Shown piece after piece: positions 18,215-28,140 of a stretch of 64,000 bases of DNA; the first letter of the stretch is position 1; each line of letters starts with the position of its first letter. The translations under genes and the position numbers were made by a program. The notes beneath the pieces are model-generated. The model was not told where the DNA came from. It ran no database searches and was given only the letters and a program-made list of their open reading frames with translations. Origin of the DNA: an uncultured Candidatus Saccharibacteria bacterium (GTDB taxonomy: Bacteria; Patescibacteriota; Minisyncoccia; Phycocordibacterales; DATDWN01); NCBI GenBank assembly GCA_964597675.1, contig CAZQYV010000004.1, positions 5,590 through 69,589 of the forward strand, in the 5' to 3' direction.

Positions 18215-21118
18215 ATGAAGGAATATAACCATCTAAAAATAGAAAAAAAATGGCAATCGGTATGGGAGAAGAAAAAGATATTTCAGGCAAAGGATTCTGG
18301 CAAGAAAAAATTTTATGGTTTAATCGAGTTTCCATACCCCTCTGGTGATGGGCTCCATGTCGGACATGTACGAAGTAATACAGCGATGGATATTATTGCC
18401 CGTAAGCGCCGTATGGAGGGCTACAACGTGTTGTATCCCATCGGCTGGGATGCATTCGGCCTACCGACAGAAAACTATGCAATCAAGACAGGTATTGCTC
18501 CAGACAAGGTTACCAAGAAAAATACAGACACATTTAGACGGCAATTAAAGTCTTTGGGTTTTTCGTTTGATTGGTCTCGGGAAATAAACACAACTGATCC
18601 AAAATACTACAAATGGACACAGTGGTTGTTTTTGCAATTTTTGAAACATGATTTGGCATACAAGGCAAAAATAAATATCAATTGGTGTCCAAAAGATAAA
18701 ATCGGTTTGGCAAATGAAGAGGTGGTCAATGGGTGTTGCGAGAGATGTGGTACGCCAGTGGAAAAGAGAGAAAAGGAACAGTGGATGCTTCGTATTACAA
18801 AATACGCAGATCGACTTGATAAAGATCTCGACACAGTTGATTATCTTGAAAAGATCAAAGTGCAACAGAGAAATTGGATTGGGCGATCCGAGGGAGCAGA
18901 AATTGAATTCAAAATTAAAAAATCAAAAGTTAAAGATGGGGAATCCGATGAGATGATTGGAAAGGTTACAGTATTTACAACCCGCCCAGATACAATATAT
19001 GGAGCGACATATTTGGTTTTGGCACCAGAAGTTGCAGAGGGATTTATGATTCAGGATTCAGGATTTAGGAGTGGGGTCAGGAATGCAGATGAGTTGAAAA
19101 AATATATTCGTGATGCACGAGCAAAAAGTGATATAGAACGTGGAGATGGTAGTAAAGAAAAAACTGGTGTGGAAATAAAAGGGATTACTGCTATCAATCC
19201 AGTAAATAATGAAGAGATTCCTGTCTTTATTGCTGACTACGTCCTTGCGACATATGGTACGGGTGCAGTTATGGCTGTCCCTGCCCACGACGAACGTGAT
19301 TTTGCTTTTGCTAAGAAATATAATCTGCCAATACGACAGGTTATTGCACAATATATAGTTGATAAGAAATTTCCTCCAGTTAAAGAACAAAAAAATGTTG
19401 CCCGAAGTACAGTTCATGCAATTGTAAGAAATCCAAAAACAAATATGTATTTATGTTTGGAATGGAAGCATTTTCCATGGACCACATTTATTGTTGGTGG
19501 TGTAGAGGATGGTGAAAGTGCTATTGAGGCAGCACAGCGAGAGGTGTATGAAGAGACTGGTTATAAAAATATAAAAGTAACATACGACTTTTCAGATATT
19601 GTCTGTACGACATATAATGCCGCACATAAGAAAGAGAATCGTATTGCATACACCACATGTGTGTTTTTTGATCTAGTAAATGAGGAAAAAGATGAAATTG
19701 ATGTTGCTGAGAGTGATAAGCATGCACCCATCTGGCTTGAGCGTAAGGACATTACTGAAGCACGAATGACATGTGCTGAATTGCCGGTCTGGTTACATTA
19801 TATTGATACTAAAAACACACCTGTATACACAGGTTCTGGTGTCTTAATAAATTCGGGGGAACTTACTGGTGTATCGTCTGAAAAAGCCACCAATGAAATT
19901 ATAAAGCATGTTGGTGGCAAAGTCGTCACTAAATTCAAACTTCGAGATTGGGTATTTTCACGCCAGCGATACTGGGGTGATCCAATACCTGTGGTGCATT
20001 GTGAAAAATGTGGAATCGTACCACTACCTGAAAAGGATCTACCACTGAAACTTCCAAAAGTAAAAAAATATCAACCAACTGATACGGGTGAGTCGCCACT
20101 TGCTGGTATCGTATCGTGGGTTAATACAAAATGTCCAAAATGCAAAGGTAAGGCAAAACGTGAGACAGATACTATGCCCCAATGGGCTGGGTCATCATGG
20201 TATTTTCTTCGATATGCTGATCCAAAAAACAGCAAGAAATTTGCCGACCCAAAGAAATTAAAGTATTTCACTCCTGTAGACTGGTACAATGGTGGTATGG
20301 AGCACACTACTCTCCACTTACTTTACTCACGTTTCTGGCATAAGTTTTTGTATGATTTAGAACTGGTGCCAACTTCTGAGCCGTATCTAAAACGGACATC
20401 ACATGGGATGATATTGGCTGGCGGGGGGGAAAAGATGTCAAAATCAAAAGGTAATGTAATCAACCCAGACACAATTGTTAAAACATATGGTGCAGATACC
20501 CTACGAATGTACGAAATGTTCATGGGGCCATTTGATCAACCGATTCCATGGGCCGAGGAAAATATTATCGGGGTTCGTCGTTTTATCGAGCGTCTTTTCC
20601 GCTTGGAAAGAAAACTAGGTACATCAAAAAAAATTTTTGACACTGCATCATATAAAAAATTAGAAAACACACTTCACAAAACAATTGAAAAAGTTGGAAC
20701 AGATATAGAAAGTATGTCATTTAATACTGCTATTTCATCCATGATGATTTTGGTTAATGAAATGGAGAAAGCAGAGATGATAAGAACAAAAGATTTTGAA
20801 TTGCTTATTCGTATTATTTCTCCGTTTGCACCACACGTTGCAGAGGAAATGTGGTCACTACTTGGGCATAAAACACTTCTCGCCCTAGAAAAATGGCCAG
20901 AGGCAGATAGGGCAAAAATGGTTGATTCGGAGATGACAATCGCTATTCAAATCAATGGCAAAATTCGGGCAGAATTGACTGTTTCGGCTGATGCTACGGA
21001 AGCAGAGATTGTGGATAAGTCAAAAGAGATCCCGGAGGTTTCCAAGTGGTTTGTGGGCAAAGAGGTCAAGAAGGTCATTTATGTGCCTAAAAGACTGGTA
21101 AATTTCGTTATTTTGTAA
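18215..21118 (+). CDS. leuS: Leucine--tRNA ligase with inserted Nudix domain
   Basis: FPYPSGDGLHVGH, FTTRPDT, GTGAVMAVPAHD, KMSKSKGN; Nudix box GGVEDGESAIEAAQREVYEETG. Confidence 0.95.
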   Translation: MKEYNHLKIEKKWQSVWEKKKIFQAKDSGKKKFYGLIEFPYPSGDGLHVGHVRSNTAMDIIARKRRMEGYNVLYPIGWDAFGLPTENYAIKTGIAPDKVTKKNTDTFRRQLKSLGFSFDWSREINTTDPKYYKWTQWLFLQFLKHDLAYKAKININWCPKDKIGLANEEVVNGCCERCGTPVEKREKEQWMLRITKYADRLDKDLDTVDYLEKIKVQQRNWIGRSEGAEIEFKIKKSKVKDGESDEMIGKVTVFTTRPDTIYGATYLVLAPEVAEGFMIQDSGFRSGVRNADELKKYIRDARAKSDIERGDGSKEKTGVEIKGITAINPVNNEEIPVFIADYVLATYGTGAVMAVPAHDERDFAFAKKYNLPIRQVIAQYIVDKKFPPVKEQKNVARSTVHAIVRNPKTNMYLCLEWKHFPWTTFIVGGVEDGESAIEAAQREVYEETGYKNIKVTYDFSDIVCTTYNAAHKKENRIAYTTCVFFDLVNEEKDEIDVAESDKHAPIWLERKDITEARMTCAELPVWLHYIDTKNTPVYTGSGVLINSGELTGVSSEKATNEIIKHVGGKVVTKFKLRDWVFSRQRYWGDPIPVVHCEKCGIVPLPEKDLPLKLPKVKKYQPTDTGESPLAGIVSWVNTKCPKCKGKAKRETDTMPQWAGSSWYFLRYADPKNSKKFADPKKLKYFTPVDWYNGGMEHTTLHLLYSRFWHKFLYDLELVPTSEPYLKRTSHGMILAGGGEKMSKSKGNVINPDTIVKTYGADTLRMYEMFMGPFDQPIPWAEENIIGVRRFIERLFRLERKLGTSKKIFDTASYKKLENTLHKTIEKVGTDIESMSFNTAISSMMILVNEMEKAEMIRTKDFELLIRIISPFAPHVAEEMWSLLGHKTLLALEKWPEADRAKMVDSEMTIAIQINGKIRAELTVSADATEAEIVDKSKEIPEVSKWFVGKEVKKVIYVPKRLVNFVIL

Positions 21119-21217
21119 AGTCTTGACTAAAAGACTGAATAATGATACAAATAAATAAACATTCGTTGCTTCTACACCGCCTAGGCGGACTATTAGGGGG
21201 ACTATTCAATAAAAATT

Positions 21218-22255
21218 ATGAGTGAAAAAATAACAATCACATTTAAACCAAAGCAGGTTACAAAGCGTTTAATTTCTGTTTTGTCAGCTCGTGCACAAGA
21301 CGTCGTTACGGGTCGTTTTGGCCTTGGTGCTGATACAAAACGTATGACTCTCGAGGCAATTGGTAAGAAATACAAGATTACTCGGGAACGTGTACGTCAG
21401 ATCGAAAACTATTCAATTGCAAATGTCCGAAAGTCAAAGGAATATGCAAAAGAAAAAGCTGTCTTTGACGAAATTAAAGCGATTGTTACAACACTCGGTT
21501 CAATCATTTCAGAAGAGGAATTGCTAAACTATCTTGCAAAAGATCGCGCAACACAGAATCATATTCATTTCCTATTGGTAGTTGGTGAAGATTTTACAAA
21601 AGAAAAAGAGGATGTCGAATTTAAGCATCGATGGCATGTGGACAAGGAACTATCAAAGAAAATTCACGAGTCACTCCGCAAATTATATAGCACACTTTCT
21701 GATGATCAGATTCTCCTCGAGTCAGACATGATCGAAAAGTTTCTAGAGCACGTCAAAGATGTTTCTGATAAATACAAAAATGAGGAAATCGCAAAGCGAT
21801 GGCTTACACTTTCTAAACTGATAGACAAAAATCCACTCGGCGAATGGGGTAAATCTGATTCTCCAAACATCAACGCAAAAGGTATGCGAGATTACGCATT
21901 TCTAGTAATCCGACGTCATGGTTCACCAATTCATTTTCGGGAGGTTGCAAAATCAATTACTGAATTGTTCAAGAAAAAAGCCCATGTTGCTACGACCCAC
22001 AACGAGCTGATCAAGGATCCACGGTTTGTACTTGTCGGACGAGGGCTGTATGCACTAGCAGAGTGGGGATACATGTCTGGCGTTGTCAAAGATGTAATCC
22101 GAGGTGTTATCGAGAAAAATGGACCTTTGACAAAAGAGGATATCATCAAGAAGGTTTTGAAAGAAAGATACGTCAAAGAAAACACGATCATGGTCAATCT
22201 CCAGAATCCAAAATTCTTTAAAAAGCAAAAGGACGGAACATACGCAATCGCTTAG
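21218..22255 (+). CDS. Sigma-70 region 4 HTH plus C-terminal winged-HTH (HARE-HTH-like) protein
   Basis: 'RFGL...TLEAIGKKYKITRERVRQIE'; 'HNELIKDPRFVLVGRGLYALAEWG'. Confidence 0.75.
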   Translation: MSEKITITFKPKQVTKRLISVLSARAQDVVTGRFGLGADTKRMTLEAIGKKYKITRERVRQIENYSIANVRKSKEYAKEKAVFDEIKAIVTTLGSIISEEELLNYLAKDRATQNHIHFLLVVGEDFTKEKEDVEFKHRWHVDKELSKKIHESLRKLYSTLSDDQILLESDMIEKFLEHVKDVSDKYKNEEIAKRWLTLSKLIDKNPLGEWGKSDSPNINAKGMRDYAFLVIRRHGSPIHFREVAKSITELFKKKAHVATTHNELIKDPRFVLVGRGLYALAEWGYMSGVVKDVIRGVIEKNGPLTKEDIIKKVLKERYVKENTIMVNLQNPKFFKKQKDGTYAIA

Positions 22256-22315
22256 TCACAGAAAGCCACCCAGACAAGGGTGGTTTTTTGTTTTATGATT
22301 GGATATACTATACAT

Positions 22316-23563
22316 ATGTTTGAGTCAATCTTTGGTATATTCCAGCACCCAACATTTGTTCTTGTATTTCGTGTCTTGTACTACACTTCATTTGTGTGGT
22401 TACCGGTTATTTTATTGATTGGACTCCGCGACCTTTTTCTCAACTACAGACGAGCACAGTTTTTCTCAAAACAAAAAAATGTCCTGCTTGAAATACGACT
22501 ACCACGCGAGATATTTAAATCACCACAAGCTATGGAGTTTTTTATTGCGGGTCTTTACCAACCATTTGGTGATGCCAATTGGTATGAAAAATATTGGAAA
22601 GGCGCCACTATTCCAAGCTTCTCCTTGGAGATTGTATCGATTGAAGGAGAGATACATTTTTTTATTTGGACAAGGGAGGGGCATCGAAATAGAATCGAGG
22701 CAAACTTATACTCACAATATCCGGGCATAGAAATATATACCGTGCCCGATTATACTTTACCTGTCTCATACGACCCGACCATTCACGGTATGTGGACTTC
22801 GGAATTTAGTCTGACCAAATCTGATGCGTTTCCAATTAAAACATATATTGACTATAAACTCGACAAGGATCCGAAAGAGGAATATAAGATTGATCCACTG
22901 ACGCCTCTTATAGAATTTCTAGGTACTTTAGGTCGTGGCGAGCAGGCATGGCTACAGATTATTATACGTGCACACAGGAATGAGGATAAAGATCCAAAGA
23001 CAGGAGAAAAAATTGATTTAAAATGGAAAAAGGCGGCAGAGGAGGAAAAGGAGAAAATTTTGAAAAAATCAAAAGGTGAAAAAGGTCCTGACGATAAAAT
23101 AATTCCTGGAACTAGCCGATTTTTGACAGATGGGGAGACAGAAACAGTCAAGGCACTGGAACGAAGCATATCAAAGACCGGCTTTGATGTTGGTATGCGT
23201 GCAGTATATATTGCACCCAAAGATACATTTAATCCAGGGAATATTGGCGGCATAATCGGTGGTGTGACCCATTTCAATTCATCACTCAACGGCTTCAAGC
23301 CATCTGGCATGTCCACGCCAAAGTACAAATATTTCCCATGGAAAGATCGCAACCCAAAGGTGATTAATTGGGAGAAACAAGATATGCTGGATGCATACAA
23401 GCGTCGGGCGTATTTTTACCCACCATACAAACGCCCACATTTTGTACTCAATACTGAAGAGCTTGCGACGCTATTTCATTTCCCTGGAGGAGTTTCAACT
23501 ACACCTACATTTGCACGCATTGGTTCCAAGAAATCAGACGCACCAAGCAATTTGCCTATTTAA
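22316..23563 (+). CDS. Membrane-anchored hypothetical protein
   Basis: N-terminal TM, 'LLEIRLPREIFKSPQAME', 'LNTEELATLFHFP', C-terminal 'PSNLP'. Confidence 0.6.
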   Translation: MFESIFGIFQHPTFVLVFRVLYYTSFVWLPVILLIGLRDLFLNYRRAQFFSKQKNVLLEIRLPREIFKSPQAMEFFIAGLYQPFGDANWYEKYWKGATIPSFSLEIVSIEGEIHFFIWTREGHRNRIEANLYSQYPGIEIYTVPDYTLPVSYDPTIHGMWTSEFSLTKSDAFPIKTYIDYKLDKDPKEEYKIDPLTPLIEFLGTLGRGEQAWLQIIIRAHRNEDKDPKTGEKIDLKWKKAAEEEKEKILKKSKGEKGPDDKIIPGTSRFLTDGETETVKALERSISKTGFDVGMRAVYIAPKDTFNPGNIGGIIGGVTHFNSSLNGFKPSGMSTPKYKYFPWKDRNPKVINWEKQDMLDAYKRRAYFYPPYKRPHFVLNTEELATLFHFPGGVSTTPTFARIGSKKSDAPSNLPI

Positions 23564-23571
23564 CACACAAC

Positions 23572-24570
23572 ATGGACGAAATGCCACAGACACAAACTGG
23601 TTGGAAAGACAGCGTATATTTATTTTTTTCTCGCACAAGAGTATCAGTTTGGGTAGCATTGTGTCTCGCTCTCGTGTTTATTGGCTTTGCATATTACGGT
23701 TGCTGTGTTATACCAGCCGGTTTTCCTGTGGGCAGTGCGGTTATACTAAAGCCGGGGGAATCATTGCAAACTGTCACTACTCAATTACATGACGCACAGG
23801 TTATACAATCACCATTCGTCTTTCGTTCTCTAGTCATCCTCTTTGGAGGCGAGAAAAAAGTGATTGCTGGGGATTATCTTTTGGATCATAGAGAGGGGAT
23901 GTTTTCGCTGGCCTATCGCTTTTCGCATGGACGTTTTGGTATTGATCTAGTGCGGCTAACTATTCCAGAAGGATGGAGTGTTAAAGATATTGCAACATAT
24001 ATCACGAAAACAATGCCACAATTTAATACTAGTGAATTTTTGACCCTTGCCACGCAAAAAGAGGGGTATTTATTTCCTGATACGTATTTTGTCACACCAT
24101 CAGTCCAGCCAGCAGCACTCATTACCATGATGGAAAATAATTTTGCTGCACAGATAAAAACAATACCAGACATCGCATCATCGCAAAAATCGTTGCATGA
24201 TATTCTCGTAATGGCATCAATTCTTGAGGGTGAAGCCCTACCAAAAGATCGTGCTACCGTTGCGGGTATTTTATGGAAAAGATTGTCGCTCAGTATTCCA
24301 CTCCAAGTTGATTCAACATTCAAATATATCAATGGCAAGGATACGTACACTTTGACTAAAAAAGATTTGGCGATTGATTCGCCGTACAATACGTATAAGT
24401 ATCGTGGTTTGCCACCGGGGCCGATTAATAACCCCGGTATTGATGCCATTAAAGCAGCATTACATCCTGTCACATCATCATATCTATATTTTCTAACAGA
24501 TAGGCAAGGAAATATATACTACGCCGAAACATTCGACCAACATAAACGAAACAAAGAGAGGTATCTGTAA
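23572..24570 (+). CDS. mltG: Endolytic transglycosylase MltG (second, full-length paralog)
   Basis: TIPEG, EGYLFPDTY, MASILEGE, LQVD, DSPYNTY, GLPPGPINNPG. Confidence 0.9.
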   Translation: MDEMPQTQTGWKDSVYLFFSRTRVSVWVALCLALVFIGFAYYGCCVIPAGFPVGSAVILKPGESLQTVTTQLHDAQVIQSPFVFRSLVILFGGEKKVIAGDYLLDHREGMFSLAYRFSHGRFGIDLVRLTIPEGWSVKDIATYITKTMPQFNTSEFLTLATQKEGYLFPDTYFVTPSVQPAALITMMENNFAAQIKTIPDIASSQKSLHDILVMASILEGEALPKDRATVAGILWKRLSLSIPLQVDSTFKYINGKDTYTLTKKDLAIDSPYNTYKYRGLPPGPINNPGIDAIKAALHPVTSSYLYFLTDRQGNIYYAETFDQHKRNKERYL

Positions 24571-24622
24571 ATATTGACTATTTATAATATTTAGTGTATA
24601 AAGTAAGCGGAGGTTTTAAACT

Positions 24623-25000
24623 ATGTGTGAGAGAATTGTTATCGATGAATTTTTTATCGATGAATGCTGGCAATCCAGTGTGATGAGCCCGATGCTATGT
24701 GGAGAGGTTTTTCGTTCCGCTCGTCGGTACAATATGCGAATTAAAAATGGAATGTCAAAATCGACAAGATTTTTCTTTTTGACTTTTCGCACAGGACAGA
24801 TGATCAGTAACAAAAAATCTGTTCAAGTTTTTGTCGACAAGACAGTCATCAATCATGGCATCATAGTGCTGGGTGTGGTAGTTGAGAAATTTCAATTATC
24901 AATTTTCCCTATCAATCGTATGGAAGGGGATGTTTTGACTGGTCTTGAGGTCAAGTATGATGAATCCATATGTCAATGGAAGTTGAGGAGTGAGGTATAG
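24623..25000 (+). CDS. Hypothetical SD-led ORFan
   Basis: TTGACT promoter, SD GGAGGT, terminator at 25008-25040. Confidence 0.5.
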   Translation: MCERIVIDEFFIDECWQSSVMSPMLCGEVFRSARRYNMRIKNGMSKSTRFFFLTFRTGQMISNKKSVQVFVDKTVINHGIIVLGVVVEKFQLSIFPINRMEGDVLTGLEVKYDESICQWKLRSEV

Positions 25001-25145
25001 AATTTTATGACCCGCACGGAGACGTGCGGGTTGATTTTTTATAACGAAAACACCGAGCAGATTTGCTCGATGTGTGTGGGAGTGTGGAGTTTCACAAAAT
25101 ACAAAGCTCATTCACAGTCCATCAATTATAAAACCTGTGATATAA

Positions 25146-25367
25146 GTGTAATTTTGACAAAACCCACCACACTCCCGATTGCCCTGCCCGTGTAAACGGG
25201 GAGGAATGAGGACTCTTGGTTCTCATGGTTGTGTGGGGTTTACTCTGATCGCCAGAGAAGCCTCACAAAAGAGATGCGCCTGTTGGTACGACCCAGACAG
25301 GATTATGTACTAGCCTGGTTCAGCGCCAGAACTGGCGCCCTGCCGACCAGCCGAAAATGACATACTG
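25146..25367 (-). ncRNA. Candidate ~220-nt structured ncRNA, family unknown
   Basis: Near-consensus promoter upstream; several GC-rich hairpins; no credible ORF. Confidence 0.5.
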
Positions 25368-25372
25368 CAATA

Positions 25373-25401
25373 AGTATAGCATACTACGTGATTTCTGTCA
25401 A
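25373..25401 (-). promoter_or_regulatory. Sigma70-type promoter with extended -10
   Basis: TTGACA-gaaatcacgtagtatgc-TATACT (17-bp spacer). Confidence 0.7.
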
Positions 25402-25464
25402 GCAATTTAATATTTTCATATTGCATTTTGTTAATTTATGTTGTAAAATAAGGATATTATAGAT

Positions 25465-26589
25465 ATGGAACAAAAAAGGAAAAAAGTCTATGTCGGCGTT
25501 TCTGGAGGGGTAGATTCCTCTGTTGCTTTGGCGTTGCTCAAGGAGGAAGGATATGACGTTACTGGAGTATTTCTCAAAGTGTGGCATCCGGATTTTCTGT
25601 CGTGTGACTGGCGAGAGGAACGTAGAAGTGCAATGCGAGTCTGTGCCACACTAGGCGTGCCATTTATTACACTCGATTGCGAGGCCGAATACAAGAAAGA
25701 AGTTGCGGATTATATGATAAATGAGTATCGTGCAGGGCGGACGCCGAATCCGGATATTTTTTGCAACAAGTATGTTAAGTTTGGAGTTTTTCTAAACAAG
25801 GCGCGTGAGATGGGTGCGGATTATATTGCTACGGGGCATTATGCAAGAATAGATGAAGGAATAATGAATAATGAATTAGGAATAATAAATTATAAACTTC
25901 ATGAGTCGGTTGATCAGAATAAAGATCAGTCATATTTTTTATATACATTAAATCAGGAGCAACTTGCCCACACTTTATTTCCAATTGGAGGCATGACAAA
26001 ACCAGAGGTGCGTTTGCTCGCAAAAAAGTATGGACTATCTACTGCTACAAAAAAAGACAGTCAGGGTGTGTGTTTCCTAGGCAAACTAGATATGAAAGAA
26101 TTCTTGTCACATTATGTTGATTCAAAGCGTGGGGATGTGCTCGATACATCTGGAGAAGTGGTCGGTTATCATGATGGAGCGATTTTTTATACAATTGGAC
26201 AGCGTCATGGATTTACCATAACCAAAAAAGGGTCAGACGACCCACGATTTTTTGTCGTATCAAAGAATATTGATCATAATACGATTACTGTGGCTGATAA
26301 GAAATCAAAAAATGATGTAGTGTATTCCATAAAAGAGGTGGTTATAAAGGATCTCCATATTATCCAAGGGATGCCCTTGGATTCCAAGGGCATCCCTTGG
26401 AATAAAATTACCTGTACAGTTAGGATTCGATACAGACAAGAAAAGCAGAAGTGTGTAGTGAAGAAAAAAGATGATGGGTGGCATGTTATTTTCGATCTGC
26501 CACAAAATGGCGTTGCGGTCGGTCAATCTGCTGTGCTCTATCATGATACAGAATGTCTTGGTGGTGGAATTATTGAAAAAACTATATAA
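25465..26589 (+). CDS. mnmA: tRNA 2-thiouridine(34) synthase
   Basis: SGGVDSS, TPNPDIFCN, ATGHYA, KDQSYFL, KKDSQGVCF, GQSAVLY. Confidence 0.97.
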   Translation: MEQKRKKVYVGVSGGVDSSVALALLKEEGYDVTGVFLKVWHPDFLSCDWREERRSAMRVCATLGVPFITLDCEAEYKKEVADYMINEYRAGRTPNPDIFCNKYVKFGVFLNKAREMGADYIATGHYARIDEGIMNNELGIINYKLHESVDQNKDQSYFLYTLNQEQLAHTLFPIGGMTKPEVRLLAKKYGLSTATKKDSQGVCFLGKLDMKEFLSHYVDSKRGDVLDTSGEVVGYHDGAIFYTIGQRHGFTITKKGSDDPRFFVVSKNIDHNTITVADKKSKNDVVYSIKEVVIKDLHIIQGMPLDSKGIPWNKITCTVRIRYRQEKQKCVVKKKDDGWHVIFDLPQNGVAVGQSAVLYHDTECLGGGIIEKTI

Positions 26590-26678
26590 TTTGCGACAAA
26601 TTTTATATATGCGATAATGGACAATGGTTGCATACATAGCGCAACAATTCATTTAGCAAAATTAATTCCATTAACAGG

Positions 26679-27515
26679 ATGAATACTGAACCAATATATA
26701 TTGTAAAGTCGGATGGTACACGAGAAATATTTGATATTAAAAAATTAGAGTTTTCACTCAAGCGTGCGGGTGCAAGTAGTGCGGTAACAGATGGTATTGT
26801 CAGTACAATTACTGATAGTCTAACCGACGGCATGACTACTCATGACATCTATACACGCGCATTTGAACTGCTACATACCGATGAGCATCCTGTGGCGCTT
26901 AAATACTCACTAAAACGGGCTATTATGGAGCTCGGCCCATCTGGTTTTCCATTTGAGGACTATGTTGCAGAGATTTTTAAGTATAAAGGATTTGAAACAC
27001 TGACTGGACAAGTGGTCAAAGGCAAGTTTGTCGAGCACGAGATTGATGTCGTGGCATGGAATGATGAGAAATTGATTATGGTTGAGGCAAAATTTCATAA
27101 TCAACTTGGTGTAAAGTCAGACCTAAAAATTGCATTGTATGTCAAAGAACGTTTCGATGATTTAAGCGAGCAAACATTTCATTATGGCAAGGATAGAAAA
27201 CTTGATGAGGGTTGGCTTGTGACAAATACAAAATTTACTACAACTGCTATTGAGTATGGGTCACACCAAGGCAAGAGATTGGTAATGATTGGCTGGAATT
27301 ATCCTGAACACGGAAGTCTTCACGACATGATTCTCGAGGCAAAACTCCATCCACTGACATGTCTTACAACGCTAGATGGTCGTCAGAAAAAAACACTGCT
27401 CGAGCAGGGTATTGTCTTGTGCAAGACACTTGTTGAACGACCTGAACTACTAGTTGGGCTCGGACTCCCATCCGAGACAATTGCCAAAGTGACAGAAGAA
27501 ATACAGGCGCTATAA
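26679..27515 (+). CDS. ATP-cone domain plus Mrr-like PD-(D/E)XK nuclease-fold protein
   Basis: 'IVKSDGTREIFDIKKL' ATP-cone; 'GFPFEDYVAEIF...EHEIDVVA...VEAKFH...LVTNTKFT'. Confidence 0.8.
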   Translation: MNTEPIYIVKSDGTREIFDIKKLEFSLKRAGASSAVTDGIVSTITDSLTDGMTTHDIYTRAFELLHTDEHPVALKYSLKRAIMELGPSGFPFEDYVAEIFKYKGFETLTGQVVKGKFVEHEIDVVAWNDEKLIMVEAKFHNQLGVKSDLKIALYVKERFDDLSEQTFHYGKDRKLDEGWLVTNTKFTTTAIEYGSHQGKRLVMIGWNYPEHGSLHDMILEAKLHPLTCLTTLDGRQKKTLLEQGIVLCKTLVERPELLVGLGLPSETIAKVTEEIQAL

Positions 27516-27522
27516 TACAGGT

Positions 27523-28140
27523 ATGAAAAAAATACAGAAGAAGAAACAAAAAATACTGCCAGAATACATGTCAGTAGCGAATTTTTTGTTTGAGGTTGGT
27601 ATTCTTGCAAAAACTCCGCGGAGTGGATTTCATTTCCTCGGCACAGGTGATCAGTCTGTGGCCGAGCATATTAACCGAGTTGGGTTTATTGCTTATGCTC
27701 TAGCCCAAATGGACGGAACTGTTGATATGGCCAAGGTTTTGAGTATGGCACTTTTTCACGATATATCAGAGACAAGAATTTCTGATCTAAATTATGTTCA
27801 CCAAAAGTATGTCGAGCGCAAGGAGCACGATGCGGTAAAGGATATCTCTGATAGTGTCACTTTTGGCAAACATATGTTCGCCTCGCTTGCTGAATATGAG
27901 GAGCGACAATCTCGTGAATCACAGTTGGTAAAAGATGCAGATAATCTGGAATGGATACTCGCATTGAAGGAGGAAGTGGACACTGGAAATACTCGGGCAC
28001 TTGAGTGGATTGTGCCTGCAACACAACGCCTCAAGACACCACATGCTAAAAAAATTGCAGAGGCAATTATGGTGACTGATTCAAACGATTGGTGGTTTAA
28101 TAAGGAGAGTCCGTGGTGGATTAATCGTAATAAAAAATGA
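27523..28140 (+). CDS. HD-domain hydrolase (YfbR/HD_3-like)
   Basis: 'TPRSG...SVAEH...MALFHD..E.R.SD...VKDAD.LE'. Confidence 0.85.
   Translation: MKKIQKKKQKILPEYMSVANFLFEVGILAKTPRSGFHFLGTGDQSVAEHINRVGFIAYALAQMDGTVDMAKVLSMALFHDISETRISDLNYVHQKYVERKEHDAVKDISDSVTFGKHMFASLAEYEERQSRESQLVKDADNLEWILALKEEVDTGNTRALEWIVPATQRLKTPHAKKIAEAIMVTDSNDWWFNKESPWWINRNKK

Noticed and set aside
2715-24570. Two mltG paralogs as a novelty
   Set aside because: Both are intact, diverged, ordinary family members with nothing further to support a special system
25170-25340. RNase P RNA on the plus strand (hairpin followed by GAGGAA)
   Set aside because: Lacks GAAAGTCC and the matching 3' P4 strand; the promoter points the other way
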